NCBI GenBank assembly: GCA_038319675.1
Contig: JBBQDM010000002.1
Location: 273,562 to 337,561, forward strand
Reading direction: 5' to 3'
Source: Vicinamibacterales bacterium
GTDB lineage: Bacteria; Acidobacteriota; Vicinamibacteria; Vicinamibacterales; SCN-69-37
Length of the DNA: 64,000 nt
The notes below the pieces were generated by a model. That model searched no databases and was not told where the DNA came from. It saw only the letters and a list, made by a program, of their open reading frames with translations. Below, piece after piece: positions 28,148 through 38,040 of the stretch; position 1 is the stretch's first letter, and every line of letters begins with the position of its first letter. The translations under genes and the position numbers were made by a program.

Positions 28148-30712
28148 CTACTCCCCGCGCAACGCGGTGATCGGGTTCACCTTCGAGGCACCTCGGGCCG
28201 GCAGGTAACAGGCCAGCATCGCCGCGACGCCAAGTGTGACCGTCGCGGCAGTCAGCGTTACTGGATCAGCTGAATTGACGTTGGCAATTCGGCTGCCCAC
28301 CAGCTGCGTTAATGACCATGCCGCGAGCAGCCCCGCGCCAAGACCGCCACTCACGAGCAAACCACCCTCACGCAGGAACGGACGTATCACGGCCCAGGGG
28401 CTCGCACCCAGCGCCAGGCGAATCGCCGCGTCGCGCATGCGCTGACGTGCTGTAAACGCCATCACGCCATAAATTCCCAGCACGGCCAGCACAAGCGCCA
28501 ACACCCCGAAGGCGGTTAACACCGTCGCAGCGAGTCGCTGAGGTGCGACCTGCTTCGCCACAAGCGACTCAAGCGTGACCACGTCAAACAGTGGCAGCGT
28601 CCCATCAAGAGCCGAGACTTCAGCGCGGATACGCGGCACAAGGGTGGACGCATCCTCCACGTCGGCAGCCACACCAACCGTAAAGGTCATCGCCCCCCAG
28701 ACACCACCGGCAGCCGGCACGTAGTAGGTCGGCGACGGGGGAATCGACGGATTGTGGTGCCGCATGTCTCCAACCACACCGACCACTGTCGCAGGCTCTC
28801 CCCCTCCCCCACCGAGGTCCACCTGCCGACCGATGGGGTCCTCATCACCCCACAGCAGACGCGCCAGCGTCTGATTCATCACGATCACCTTCGGCGCGTC
28901 CTCATCATCCCGCGTCGTGAAATCCCTGCCGGCGAGCACCGGGGTATGCATCGCCCCGAAGTACCCGTCGGAGACGATGCGCCAATCGGCCTGGATGGAT
29001 TCAGTGGGTTGAATGCGGGCCTCGCCGACCGGGTAGACATGCAGACTCAGGTTGCCTGGCGACATCGGCGCGCTGTTGACGGCACCGGCCATCGAAACGC
29101 CCGGCAACGCGCGCACACGCTCAAGCAGCGCGGTGACAAACGCCTCAGGGCGCTCGCGCGGAGCCACACGTACGGTGAGAATGCGCTCGGCGGCGAAGCC
29201 CAGATCTGTGCTGGAGACACGATCGAGCGCACGAATCGTCAGCCCGGCGGCGGTCAGTAATACCACTGACAACGCGAGCTGGGCGACCACCAGGGTGTTG
29301 CGTGACACATTGGCGCCGCCCGTGACGGTCCGTGAACCGTCACGGAGGCCTCGAATCACGTCGAGCCTCGACATCTGGCGCGCGGGTGCCAACCCTGACA
29401 GGACGCCGGTCACGGTGGCTGCGGACAAGGCAAAGAGCAACACCCATCCGTCAACCACAATCTCGCCAGCGCGCGGCAGGTCGGCAAGCAGCGTCGTTCG
29501 TGTGAGGCGCATGAGGATAAATGACAACGTGATACCGAACGCTCCACCCACAACCGCCAACACCAGGCTTTCGGTGAGCAGCTGCCGAACGAGCCGGCCA
29601 CGGCCCCCGCCGACCGCCGTCCGGATCGCCATCTCTCGTGTGCGCGATGACGCACGCACCAGGAGCAGCGTCGACAGATTCGCGCACCCCACAAGCAACA
29701 ACACCCCAACCGCAGCGAACAGCAGATACAACAGGCGCGGCGCGTCTGCACCCACGACGGCTCCGGCCAATGGGGTGACGCTCACACCCCACCCCTCGTG
29801 AACCTCCGGATATTCACGTTCAAGTTGTTGAGCGATGGTGGTCATTTCTGTGGACGCCTGAGACATCGAAGTCCCCCGCTTCAGGCGCGCGTACACATCG
29901 AGATCTGAGTGCCCGCGTCGATTTTCCGTGTGTGGCACAAGCGGCAGCAAGACATGATCAGCCGGGCGCAGGCCATTCGGCGGCGCGACACCGACAATGG
30001 CATGCGCCCGGCCATCCACGACAAGCGACCGCTGCAACACAAGGGGATCCCCGCCGAGGGCGCGTTGCCACAGACTGTGAGAGACCATCACGACCGGACC
30101 AGCCGCCGGCGCATCGTCACTCTCGGCAAACGTCCGGCCCATGATTGGCTGCACACCCAATGTGGTGAACAGGTTGTGCGAAGCAAACACGGCGTCCATC
30201 CGCACAGGGTCTCCCAGACCCGTCACCGTCACAGCACCTGCACGTTCGGCGGTGATATCAGTAAAGGACTGCGCTCTCGCCTGCCAATCACGGAGGAGCG
30301 GAAGCGAGACCGAGAACCGCTGAACTGATCGGGAGACGTTCACCTGATCGAGCCTGACCAGCTGCTCGGGATTTGGAAACGGCATCGGGGCAAGCACGAC
30401 CGCGTGCAACGCGCCGAAGATCGTGGTGCTGGCTCCCAGGCCAAGCGCGAACATCAGCACCGCGCCCAGGGTGAACGCCCGGGTGCGCACGGAGGTGCGC
30501 ACGGCATACCGAACGTCCTGCGCGATATGTTGAAGCCACAACGGCAGCCACACCGCCCGCGCATCCTCCCGTGTCATGGCGATGTTGCCGAAGGCGCGTC
30601 GCGCCGCGAGCCGGGCCGCCTCGTCTGACAGTCCGTCTGCCGCGCGTTCTTCGGCCTCAAGCTCCAGGTGCTGGCGAATCTCGCGGTCCAGGTCGTCGTC
30701 GCGCCGGCTCAT
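28148..30712 (-). CDS. ADOP-type duplicated MacB/FtsX permease
   Basis: Trimmed to ATG 30712 (MSRRDDDLDREIRQHLELE... permease-prefix helix). Two MacB_PCD plus FtsX modules. ATGA overlap with the padR stop. Confidence 0.85.
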   Translation of the reverse strand: MSRRDDDLDREIRQHLELEAEERAADGLSDEAARLAARRAFGNIAMTREDARAVWLPLWLQHIAQDVRYAVRTSVRTRAFTLGAVLMFALGLGASTTIFGALHAVVLAPMPFPNPEQLVRLDQVNVSRSVQRFSVSLPLLRDWQARAQSFTDITAERAGAVTVTGLGDPVRMDAVFASHNLFTTLGVQPIMGRTFAESDDAPAAGPVVMVSHSLWQRALGGDPLVLQRSLVVDGRAHAIVGVAPPNGLRPADHVLLPLVPHTENRRGHSDLDVYARLKRGTSMSQASTEMTTIAQQLEREYPEVHEGWGVSVTPLAGAVVGADAPRLLYLLFAAVGVLLLVGCANLSTLLLVRASSRTREMAIRTAVGGGRGRLVRQLLTESLVLAVVGGAFGITLSFILMRLTRTTLLADLPRAGEIVVDGWVLLFALSAATVTGVLSGLAPARQMSRLDVIRGLRDGSRTVTGGANVSRNTLVVAQLALSVVLLTAAGLTIRALDRVSSTDLGFAAERILTVRVAPRERPEAFVTALLERVRALPGVSMAGAVNSAPMSPGNLSLHVYPVGEARIQPTESIQADWRIVSDGYFGAMHTPVLAGRDFTTRDDEDAPKVIVMNQTLARLLWGDEDPIGRQVDLGGGGGEPATVVGVVGDMRHHNPSIPPSPTYYVPAAGGVWGAMTFTVGVAADVEDASTLVPRIRAEVSALDGTLPLFDVVTLESLVAKQVAPQRLAATVLTAFGVLALVLAVLGIYGVMAFTARQRMRDAAIRLALGASPWAVIRPFLREGGLLVSGGLGAGLLAAWSLTQLVGSRIANVNSADPVTLTAATVTLGVAAMLACYLPARGASKVNPITALRGE

Positions 30713-31062
30713 GTGGGCCGTCCAGTGGCGGGCCGCAGCAACCGGGCCATCGCCGCCGAGAGCTGTTCCCACTTCGATTCTTCGGCTTTGAGTTGGGTGC
30801 GCCCCTTCGCCGTGATCCGGTAGAGCTTCAACTCGCGGCCTGAGTCGGCCACTTCCCAACCCGACGTGATGCACCCGAGTTTCTCGAGCCGTTGCAGCGC
30901 CGGGTACAACGACCCGTGCTCCACACTGAGCACGTCATCGGTCGTGGACTTGATGTGTTTGACGATCCCATGTCCGTGGAGCGGCCCGAACACAAGGGTG
31001 CGCAGAATCAACAGATCGAGCGTGCCCTGAATGATGCCAGGCTTTTTGGGGGTCGGTCGCAT
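30709..31062 (-). CDS. PadR-family transcriptional regulator
   Basis: GTLDLLILRTL...GSLYPALQRLEKLG winged HTH. The track start 31071 is TTG; ATG 31062 is preferred. Confidence 0.88.
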   Translation of the reverse strand: MRPTPKKPGIIQGTLDLLILRTLVFGPLHGHGIVKHIKSTTDDVLSVEHGSLYPALQRLEKLGCITSGWEVADSGRELKLYRITAKGRTQLKAEESKWEQLSAAMARLLRPATGRPT

Positions 31063-31069
31063 AGAAGGC

Positions 31070-31091
31070 AATCTACCATATTTGGTAGATT
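31070..31091. promoter_or_regulatory. perfect palindrome AATCTACCA-N4-TGGTAGATT, candidate PadR operator/promoter
   Basis: A 22-nt AT-rich dyad 8 nt upstream of the padR ATG in an otherwise GC-rich genome. Confidence 0.6.
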
Positions 31092-31172
31092 ACCTTCCAG
31101 TCCACTCATTGGGACTGCCGCACAATCCGCACAGAGGGCTTCGGCGCTACCCGCGACCGACATCCCCCGCGA

Positions 31173-32675
31173 TCACCTGATCGCGCCGGACCCGATCAGC
31201 GTCTGCCCTCCCGACCGGCCCGGTGCGTAGGGACTGTCGGTGGGGTCGACAGGTGTCTCATCGCCCAGGCTGTCGATCACCCGGGTGGCATGCGCGAGCC
31301 ACTCCGCCAGCCGCCCGTGGGTTTCCCCGATTTGCTCAAGACGATCGTCGCTGCTCCCGAAGATGGAGTCGATCAAGTCGCTGATGTGGTTCGAGTCGAA
31401 CACATCTTCGTCGGGTCGCTCGCCGCGTTTGATCCGCTCCTGCCTCGCGTACCACTCCTCATAGGTCTCGATGCGATCGCGGATCTCCCGCGCCTGCTCG
31501 GCGCGTCGTTCGATATCGCCAAACTGACCCGCCGGCGCATTCCACGACGCCAACATCACGCGGAATGCGGGAGCGGGCGTATCGACGATGGCGCGAGCGC
31601 GGGAGCGTGTCGTGGGGCGACCGGTGAAGACCCAGGCGTCGACCTCGCGCTCGAGGGCCCCTCCCCGAGCCGCCGGGACGTCGATCCGTACGCGTGACAC
31701 GGCATGGGCCGTCAGGCCACGGTCGGCCGAGTACGGCGTGCCTGGCCCCTGGTCGCGGTAGTCGATCGTCAGCGCGTAGTCGTCGATCGCAAAGCGAGTG
31801 ACACGCCGCCACGCGTCACGAGTGATCACCGGACGGCCCGGAACGACCACCTGCATCGTCATTCCCAAGTAGCCCGTCGAGCGCACACGTACGAGGTAGC
31901 CGGCGGGATGCAGGTTCCATCGTTCGCCCGGAATCTCGGTACGAGTGTCAGCCGGTGGCTGCGGCCGCATGGTGGCGCGTTCAAAGTCTTCGTAGGTACG
32001 GTTGGCATCCGTGAACATGCCGCGCATGCGGTTCTCGTACTCCAGCAGCGGCCGCAGCTGCTGGTTGACGGGCCCGAACAGTGTCCGCGCGGCGGCGTCG
32101 GTGACGTAATCGAGCGCGCCACGCGCCATGAGCTCCACGCCGCGATCGCCCAGCAGCTGCACAAGTGCGCGCTGCGCGCCTCCGCGCATGTCCTCCGGGT
32201 GCACGCGTGACAGCACCGCCCAGATCAGGAGCTGCACATCGCGCTGATCCACCGAGTCCGACATGACCGTGTAGCGCTGCAGGATGTCGCGCAGGAGGTC
32301 CGCCTTCGAGCCCTGCCACGCCCCACGCACGTAGCCGTCGCCGCGTGTCGGGCCATAGGTGTACCCACGCGCGCAGAAGCTGCGCAGCTCGAGCTGATAC
32401 CGGCCGGCCTTCAGATGAAAGCGCCCATCAGGATGTCGATCGGCGTTGGTCACGGGGACAAAGCCGTCGAGGGACAGCCGATCGAACTCGGGCCACCCCC
32501 GGACAGGAATGTTGGAGAGATTGGTGTTGAGCGGCGGCTCACCGCGCGTGAGATCGGACAGGGACGGCAGCCGTCCCGGCAACCGCAGCTTGCCGGGCAA
32601 CTGGGCGTCGACCGTGAAGGACCACGCCGTCACGACGAGCACGGACACAACCGCAATGTGGGAGACCGGACGCAT
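31173..32675 (-). CDS. secreted hypothetical protein (500 aa), no family recognised
   Basis: Signal peptide MRPVSHIAVVSVLVVTAWSFTVDAQ, GC3-rich frame, GAGG RBS. Possible own promoter (CTGACC-17-TAGACT on the minus strand, 32721-32749). Confidence 0.7.
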   Translation of the reverse strand: MRPVSHIAVVSVLVVTAWSFTVDAQLPGKLRLPGRLPSLSDLTRGEPPLNTNLSNIPVRGWPEFDRLSLDGFVPVTNADRHPDGRFHLKAGRYQLELRSFCARGYTYGPTRGDGYVRGAWQGSKADLLRDILQRYTVMSDSVDQRDVQLLIWAVLSRVHPEDMRGGAQRALVQLLGDRGVELMARGALDYVTDAAARTLFGPVNQQLRPLLEYENRMRGMFTDANRTYEDFERATMRPQPPADTRTEIPGERWNLHPAGYLVRVRSTGYLGMTMQVVVPGRPVITRDAWRRVTRFAIDDYALTIDYRDQGPGTPYSADRGLTAHAVSRVRIDVPAARGGALEREVDAWVFTGRPTTRSRARAIVDTPAPAFRVMLASWNAPAGQFGDIERRAEQAREIRDRIETYEEWYARQERIKRGERPDEDVFDSNHISDLIDSIFGSSDDRLEQIGETHGRLAEWLAHATRVIDSLGDETPVDPTDSPYAPGRSGGQTLIGSGAIR

Positions 32676-32756
32676 CAGAACACCTCGCAGATGAATGAGG
32701 GAGCGCCGGGGAGCGTGCCGAGTCTAACACGCCCCAGACTGATGGTCAGGATTCCG

Positions 32757-34838
32757 TCAGCGCACGGGAGCCGCCAGGAAGGCCGGGTCGGTCGGCGTGG
32801 AGAGCCCGACGTGCTCGAGCACAATCGTGCCCGCCTCGGTCTGGTCAAATAGCAGACGGATCGCCGCGAGCTGGCGCGGGTCAAACGCAGGCGATGTGCG
32901 CGTGAAGTCCTCCATCGGCATCACAAACGTCTGCGGGATCAACTCGAAGATGGTGCTGAACCGCTGGGCGTCACGTCCGGCGCGACGATAGATGCGCGCA
33001 TCGAGCGGCCGACGCGCGATACCGAACCGGCTCAGCGGCAGTCGGACGACGTGCCCCGCCGTGTCGACCAGTTCCACCGTCAAGTCAATCGGCGTCTGGT
33101 CGGGCTCTGCCTTTGGTCGCTTGGGTTCCTTCGGCTTTGGTGGCGCCTTGACCGCCGGTTTCTTCGGCTCGGGCTTCTTTGTCTCGTCCTCGTCCTTCGC
33201 GTGGGGATCCTTCGGGCGCGCCCGCGGGCCGGGTTTGGTGTTTGTCGCTGCCAGCGAGAGATAGATGGCGCTGCGTTCGCTGACGCCCCAGGTGCTTCGC
33301 ACACTGTCCGGCACAGACACCGTAAACGACGCGGGTGGCGCGGGTTCCCCCTTGGCATCTGTCCACGTCGCGGGTTTCCCGGTCCTGCGCGCCTCAGCCA
33401 CCGCACGGATGTTGGCCAGTACGGCGGCGTCCCTGGTTTTTTCGTCCGCAGGAAAACGGTTGTGCCATCCGAGCGTGACGGCGTTGTGATTCTGGTGGTC
33501 ACCACCCCGCCCGCGAAAGGGCACGGCCTCCTCCTTCCACGCCGAGAGATGCTCGCCGGTCAATACCACGCCTGGGACCGACCCGGTCGTGAGATCCACA
33601 TCGCGGTCAAACGATGCCAAAGTCTTGAAGCCGTTCTCCTGAAATTTCGTCGTATACAGCGTCTTGGGTAACCAGGCGCCGATGGTGCGATGGTCGCGAA
33701 ACATCGGCACGTATTCGCGCTTCTGGTGCAGCGTGGCCTCGAGGAACCCCGCGATGAACACCTTGCCCATCTGCCGCTGGTCCTCGCCGTCGATCAGCGT
33801 GCGCAGATCGAGGGAGCGTCCGCTGCGTGGGCCGTTGTCCTTGTTCTGCCACACGGTGTTCCATTGCCCGTGATTGGCGCGATACATGAAGACCATCGAC
33901 TTGAACCAGGGTTTACCGTCTGTGAACTGCAGGCGTTCGTATTGCCGCGCCCCCACGGCCGTGGACACGTCACCGTCATGTGACCCGTGGATGATCAGGT
34001 AGTTCACATTCTCAAGCGGTGTGAACACACTCGACGGTTTGTACTGCCCGTCCACCGGTGCGATGGCGACAACGGACGTGATGCCGAAGTTGAAGGCAAA
34101 TTCCTGTTTGAAGTCGTCCGGGTAATACTTCAGGCGATTAAACGCGGCGGCCGTGGCTGCCGCTTCCCCACCGCGCGAGTGCCCCATCACCGCGATGTTG
34201 TGCATGTCCACACGACCGAACAACGGGCCATCGGTCGTCTCGTTGAACGTCTTCCAGGCCTCCAGGTGTTTGAGCAGCAGCCACGCGCGGCCGTCGTTCT
34301 CGGCGCTCAACCCGTTGATGAAGTTCTGGTCCACCGACACCGTGATGATGCCGCGTGAGGCCAGCAGGTCCCCGAGATACTCATAACCAGGGTCTGAGAA
34401 CTCGCGATAGTTGTGATTGCCGTGGACGATCAACGCCAGCGGAAACGGGCCGGGACCATCGGGATACCAGACGCGCCCGTTGAGCGGTGCCTTCTTCAGA
34501 TCGAAGCCCCAGAACTTCTTGCGCTGTTTGGCCGTATCGCCGGTGATGCTGACAAACGGCGAGACGTCAACCGTCTTCGTCTTGATCGTGACGCCGGTGC
34601 GAAACTCGATCCGTTGTTTGTCGGTGCCCGATCCGTAAAACAGCGTCTTGACGATGTGTGGTCCACGCTCGGATGGATTCGGCGCGGTGATCGTCTGCCT
34701 CGACAGGACGACCAGCGAGTCATCGTTCATGAATTTGAGCGCCTGCGAACACCCCCCAGCGGCCACGCCGGCCGCCAGCATCACGACCGCAAGCGCGTGC
34801 CCGCCGTAGCGCGCAGCGCGAAGGTGGGTCATCGCCAT
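32757..34838 (-). CDS. lipoprotein alpha/beta hydrolase (PAF-acetylhydrolase/chlorophyllase-like esterase fold) with large C-terminal extension
   Basis: Lipobox VAAGGC, oxyanion-type LIVHGNH and nucleophile elbow VMGHSRGGEAA. The C-terminal ~300 aa contain a Lys/Pro-rich insert. Alternative start 34832 gives an ATGA overlap with the upstream stop. Confidence 0.7.
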   Translation of the reverse strand: MAMTHLRAARYGGHALAVVMLAAGVAAGGCSQALKFMNDDSLVVLSRQTITAPNPSERGPHIVKTLFYGSGTDKQRIEFRTGVTIKTKTVDVSPFVSITGDTAKQRKKFWGFDLKKAPLNGRVWYPDGPGPFPLALIVHGNHNYREFSDPGYEYLGDLLASRGIITVSVDQNFINGLSAENDGRAWLLLKHLEAWKTFNETTDGPLFGRVDMHNIAVMGHSRGGEAAATAAAFNRLKYYPDDFKQEFAFNFGITSVVAIAPVDGQYKPSSVFTPLENVNYLIIHGSHDGDVSTAVGARQYERLQFTDGKPWFKSMVFMYRANHGQWNTVWQNKDNGPRSGRSLDLRTLIDGEDQRQMGKVFIAGFLEATLHQKREYVPMFRDHRTIGAWLPKTLYTTKFQENGFKTLASFDRDVDLTTGSVPGVVLTGEHLSAWKEEAVPFRGRGGDHQNHNAVTLGWHNRFPADEKTRDAAVLANIRAVAEARRTGKPATWTDAKGEPAPPASFTVSVPDSVRSTWGVSERSAIYLSLAATNTKPGPRARPKDPHAKDEDETKKPEPKKPAVKAPPKPKEPKRPKAEPDQTPIDLTVELVDTAGHVVRLPLSRFGIARRPLDARIYRRAGRDAQRFSTIFELIPQTFVMPMEDFTRTSPAFDPRQLAAIRLLFDQTEAGTIVLEHVGLSTPTDPAFLAAPVR

Positions 34839-35779
34839 CGCAGGGTCACCCCACTGGAGGAACGACCGCCGTCAAACAGCCGCAGCGCATATTCCACCGT
34901 CAATCGATCCGCCGTCAGCGCCGCCCCCAGCGCGACGGGTTTCTCGGCGCGTGTCTCTGGCCTACGGACACCGGCGCGCAGGGTGACCATGTACCCGTCA
35001 ATCCAGCTGTAGCCCGCCTCGATGCCGGCCGCCGGCGTCGTCCAATCCCGGCGCGCCGTGACCTGGGTAAACACCCCCAGATCCAGCGGACCGGCCACCT
35101 TCGTGGTGGACCATCCGAGGGCGACCTGCCTGGGCACCCGCAGCAGGACACCCGCATCGCGTGAGTCTCGCCCGATGTTCTGGAACGCAATTGCCGCGGC
35201 TCCGCCAAACAGATTCCGCGCCACGCCCACGTCGGCGAGCAGAAGGTGCTGGTTCACGCGGACCGGAAGCAACACGGCAGGTGAAGTCGACGCCATGTCG
35301 GAGACGTACTTCACGGCGGCCCCCACGCGAAACTTTTTAAAGACCATCGCCGCACCGGCGGTGAGCAAGGCGCTTGTGCCACTGCGCGCGCCCGATGCCA
35401 GGGTCACGTCAGGCGAAAAGGGATACGGCGCCGCGTCTGCGTTGACGCCAACAAACTGGGCGCCCCACCCCAACGTCAACGACCATTTCCCGGCCGCATA
35501 AATCGAGCCGGCCGACAGCATCGTCGACGCCGGGCCAAGCCTGGCCACCGACAGGTCAATCGTCGAGCGTGTGCCGATGATCTGCGCCGGGTTGTGAAAA
35601 ATGACATCCAGATCACGGCCGGCCACCCAGGCGTTCCCCAACGCGGCCGTGCGTGCACTGGTGGGGATGTGCAGCACGAGCGGTCCGGTGGGCGGCGCCT
35701 GCGCCCACGCGGGTGACGGGGCCAGTGCCCAGACTACGAGCGATGCGGTGAGTGCCGCGGCAAAACGGAATACACGCAT
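34829..35779 (-). CDS. FadL/PorV-like outer-membrane beta-barrel protein
   Basis: Signal peptide, then an N-terminal SARTAALGNAWVAGRDLDVIFHNPAQI motif of the FadL/TodX/PorV type. Alternating beta-strand pattern and a C-terminal aromatic residue (RWR). Confidence 0.6.
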   Translation of the reverse strand: MRVFRFAAALTASLVVWALAPSPAWAQAPPTGPLVLHIPTSARTAALGNAWVAGRDLDVIFHNPAQIIGTRSTIDLSVARLGPASTMLSAGSIYAAGKWSLTLGWGAQFVGVNADAAPYPFSPDVTLASGARSGTSALLTAGAAMVFKKFRVGAAVKYVSDMASTSPAVLLPVRVNQHLLLADVGVARNLFGGAAAIAFQNIGRDSRDAGVLLRVPRQVALGWSTTKVAGPLDLGVFTQVTARRDWTTPAAGIEAGYSWIDGYMVTLRAGVRRPETRAEKPVALGAALTADRLTVEYALRLFDGGRSSSGVTLRWR

Positions 35780-35786
35780 GACGCGG

Positions 35787-38012
35787 CTACTTCTCCACAG
35801 TCGCCAGCAAGTCGCGCCAGCTGAACTTGGAGCCGATGCCCCGCACGTAATAATCCATCCAGGCCATCTCGCTCATGGACTTCAGCAACTGATTCCGCGC
35901 GTCGGGAATACCGTGGGTCGATCCCGGATAGACGAAGAGCTCGGTGGGCACACCCAGCTGCTTCAACGCCATGTGCAGTTCCACCGACTGGGGACTCGGC
36001 ACCCGTGGGTCCCCCTCCACCACATGAATCATCGTCGGCGTCTTCGCGTTGCGGATGTATTTCAGCGGCGACTGATTCCAGTACGCGTTGTGGTCATCGT
36101 ACGGAAGTTTGTCTCCGAGATAAAACTGGCGGTTGCGCTGCACGTCGCTCTGCGCGTACATCGAGATCCAGTTGGACGTGCCCGCGCCGGAACTGATGGC
36201 CTTGAACCGATCCGTCTGCGTCAGGATCCAGTTGGACCAGTGCCCCCCCGCGCTCCAACCAAGCACCCCCATCCGCGCGCCATCCACCACGCCCTCCGCG
36301 ATGAGATGATCCACGCCAGTCATGATGTCTTCGTAGCCTGGACGGAAGTAGTCGCCGACGATGTCGGTCTTGTGTTTGAATCCGTAGTTGGTTGAGCCCC
36401 GATAGTTGGGCCGCAGCACCACATACCCGGCACCGGCGTACACCTGCGCTCCATATCCGCCGTTGAAGTTGAGGATGTCGGCCGAGGCCGGGCCGCCGTG
36501 GATGGCCACAATCAACGGATACCGCTGCCCCACCTGATACCCCACAGGCTTGTGCAGAACACCGCCGACACGTGTGCCATCGGTGGACGTCCACGTGATC
36601 TCCTCCTGCGAGCCCAGCGCCAACCCGCGCACCTGGGGATTGGCTTCCGTCAGTGCCGTCCAGGTGGATCGGGTCCCCACACTGTCGAGTGACGAGGCGG
36701 AGAAGATGGTCGGGGGTGTGGTGGCATCCGAGTAGTTGATCAGCACGACGCCGCTGTCGTCACGGCTCACCGACACGGCCGCGGCTTCCCGCGTGACCTG
36801 CCGAATCTCGTTTTGCGACACCTCCAGTGCAAACAGCTGGGTCGTCGCCTTCAGACCGGTGTTGAAGTAAATGGTCTTGCTATCGGGCGACCAGAACCCC
36901 ACGTTCAGATCGCCATCAAATCCGCCATCCAGTTTGCGGAACGGCGTCCCGCGGGCGCCCACCGCGCGCAGATACACGCGACCGTTCGTCATCGTGTAAC
37001 GCGACGTATCGTCGGGGGCCCCATACACAATCCACTGACTGTCCGGGGAGAAGGAGGGGCCCGACTCTCCGACCTCCGTGTTCTCAGTCAGCCGCTCGAT
37101 CTGGCCGTTGGCCACATCCAACAGATACAGATCGCTATACAAATTCGCCTGCGTGATGTTGCGCTCGTACCGTTTCGGCGACCCGCCGCGAAACGCGACC
37201 CATTGCCCATTCTTGCTGACCGTGACACCCGAGACCGAGTACTGCCCTTCAGGGGACAGACGACGGGCGGCGAGCGGGGCAAGGTCGAGCACCCAGAGTC
37301 CGTGCAGTGGAGTTTCGGCATTCCGGATGTCGACGGTAAACCGGGCCTCACGTCTGGCCTTCTCATCGGCGTCTACACGGTCGGCCGTCGTGAAGTAGAC
37401 GCGATCACCGGCGGGCGCCAGTGACCATGTGTCGATGCCCGCCGGTTGTGTGGTCAGTGCCTCTGCGGGTGGGACCCTGCCGTCGGCAAGAGACGCCACG
37501 GGGATCCGGAACAGTTGCCGCCCCTCGGTGCGACCCGCGCGATAGTAGATCCACCGGCCGTCGGGACTCACCTCAAAATCAGAGACGCCATCTTTGGCGT
37601 CGGTCACCCGCTGCGCCTCGCCCCCATCCGGCCGCATGCGGTACAGCTGGAGTTGTGTGGCCGCACTCGTGGGAGCCTCGCGATTGGACAGGAACAAGAA
37701 CGACTGTCCGTCCCGTGCCCACGCCGGTGCGGTCTCGTTTTTGTCGGTGGTGAACGTCATCCGTTTTGTGGACGACACCCCCGTGGCGATTGACACCAGG
37801 AACAGGTCCGTCTGGCGCCGGGCCTCGCGCCAATCGGGAAACGAGACGGTGTAGAGCATCCATTGACCGTCGGGGCTCGGGGTGGGCGCGCCCACCTGAT
37901 TGAGCTGCTGCATGTCGAGAAATGTCATGGGCCGCGGTGTGGGGGCCTGCGCGGCTGGCGCGGCCGACACGGCGAGCAGAGCGAGGAGGACAAGAAGGCG
38001 GGTGCGCATCAT
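35787..38012 (-). CDS. S9-family serine peptidase with N-terminal beta-propeller (secreted)
   Basis: Signal peptide, TolB-like propeller repeats, nucleophile GWSAGG, and C-terminal Asp/His regions (EGDPRVP, GSTHGI). Confidence 0.85.
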   Translation of the reverse strand: MMRTRLLVLLALLAVSAAPAAQAPTPRPMTFLDMQQLNQVGAPTPSPDGQWMLYTVSFPDWREARRQTDLFLVSIATGVSSTKRMTFTTDKNETAPAWARDGQSFLFLSNREAPTSAATQLQLYRMRPDGGEAQRVTDAKDGVSDFEVSPDGRWIYYRAGRTEGRQLFRIPVASLADGRVPPAEALTTQPAGIDTWSLAPAGDRVYFTTADRVDADEKARREARFTVDIRNAETPLHGLWVLDLAPLAARRLSPEGQYSVSGVTVSKNGQWVAFRGGSPKRYERNITQANLYSDLYLLDVANGQIERLTENTEVGESGPSFSPDSQWIVYGAPDDTSRYTMTNGRVYLRAVGARGTPFRKLDGGFDGDLNVGFWSPDSKTIYFNTGLKATTQLFALEVSQNEIRQVTREAAAVSVSRDDSGVVLINYSDATTPPTIFSASSLDSVGTRSTWTALTEANPQVRGLALGSQEEITWTSTDGTRVGGVLHKPVGYQVGQRYPLIVAIHGGPASADILNFNGGYGAQVYAGAGYVVLRPNYRGSTNYGFKHKTDIVGDYFRPGYEDIMTGVDHLIAEGVVDGARMGVLGWSAGGHWSNWILTQTDRFKAISSGAGTSNWISMYAQSDVQRNRQFYLGDKLPYDDHNAYWNQSPLKYIRNAKTPTMIHVVEGDPRVPSPQSVELHMALKQLGVPTELFVYPGSTHGIPDARNQLLKSMSEMAWMDYYVRGIGSKFSWRDLLATVEK

Positions 38013-38040
38013 AGGCGCATAGTCTACGCCTTATGAACAG

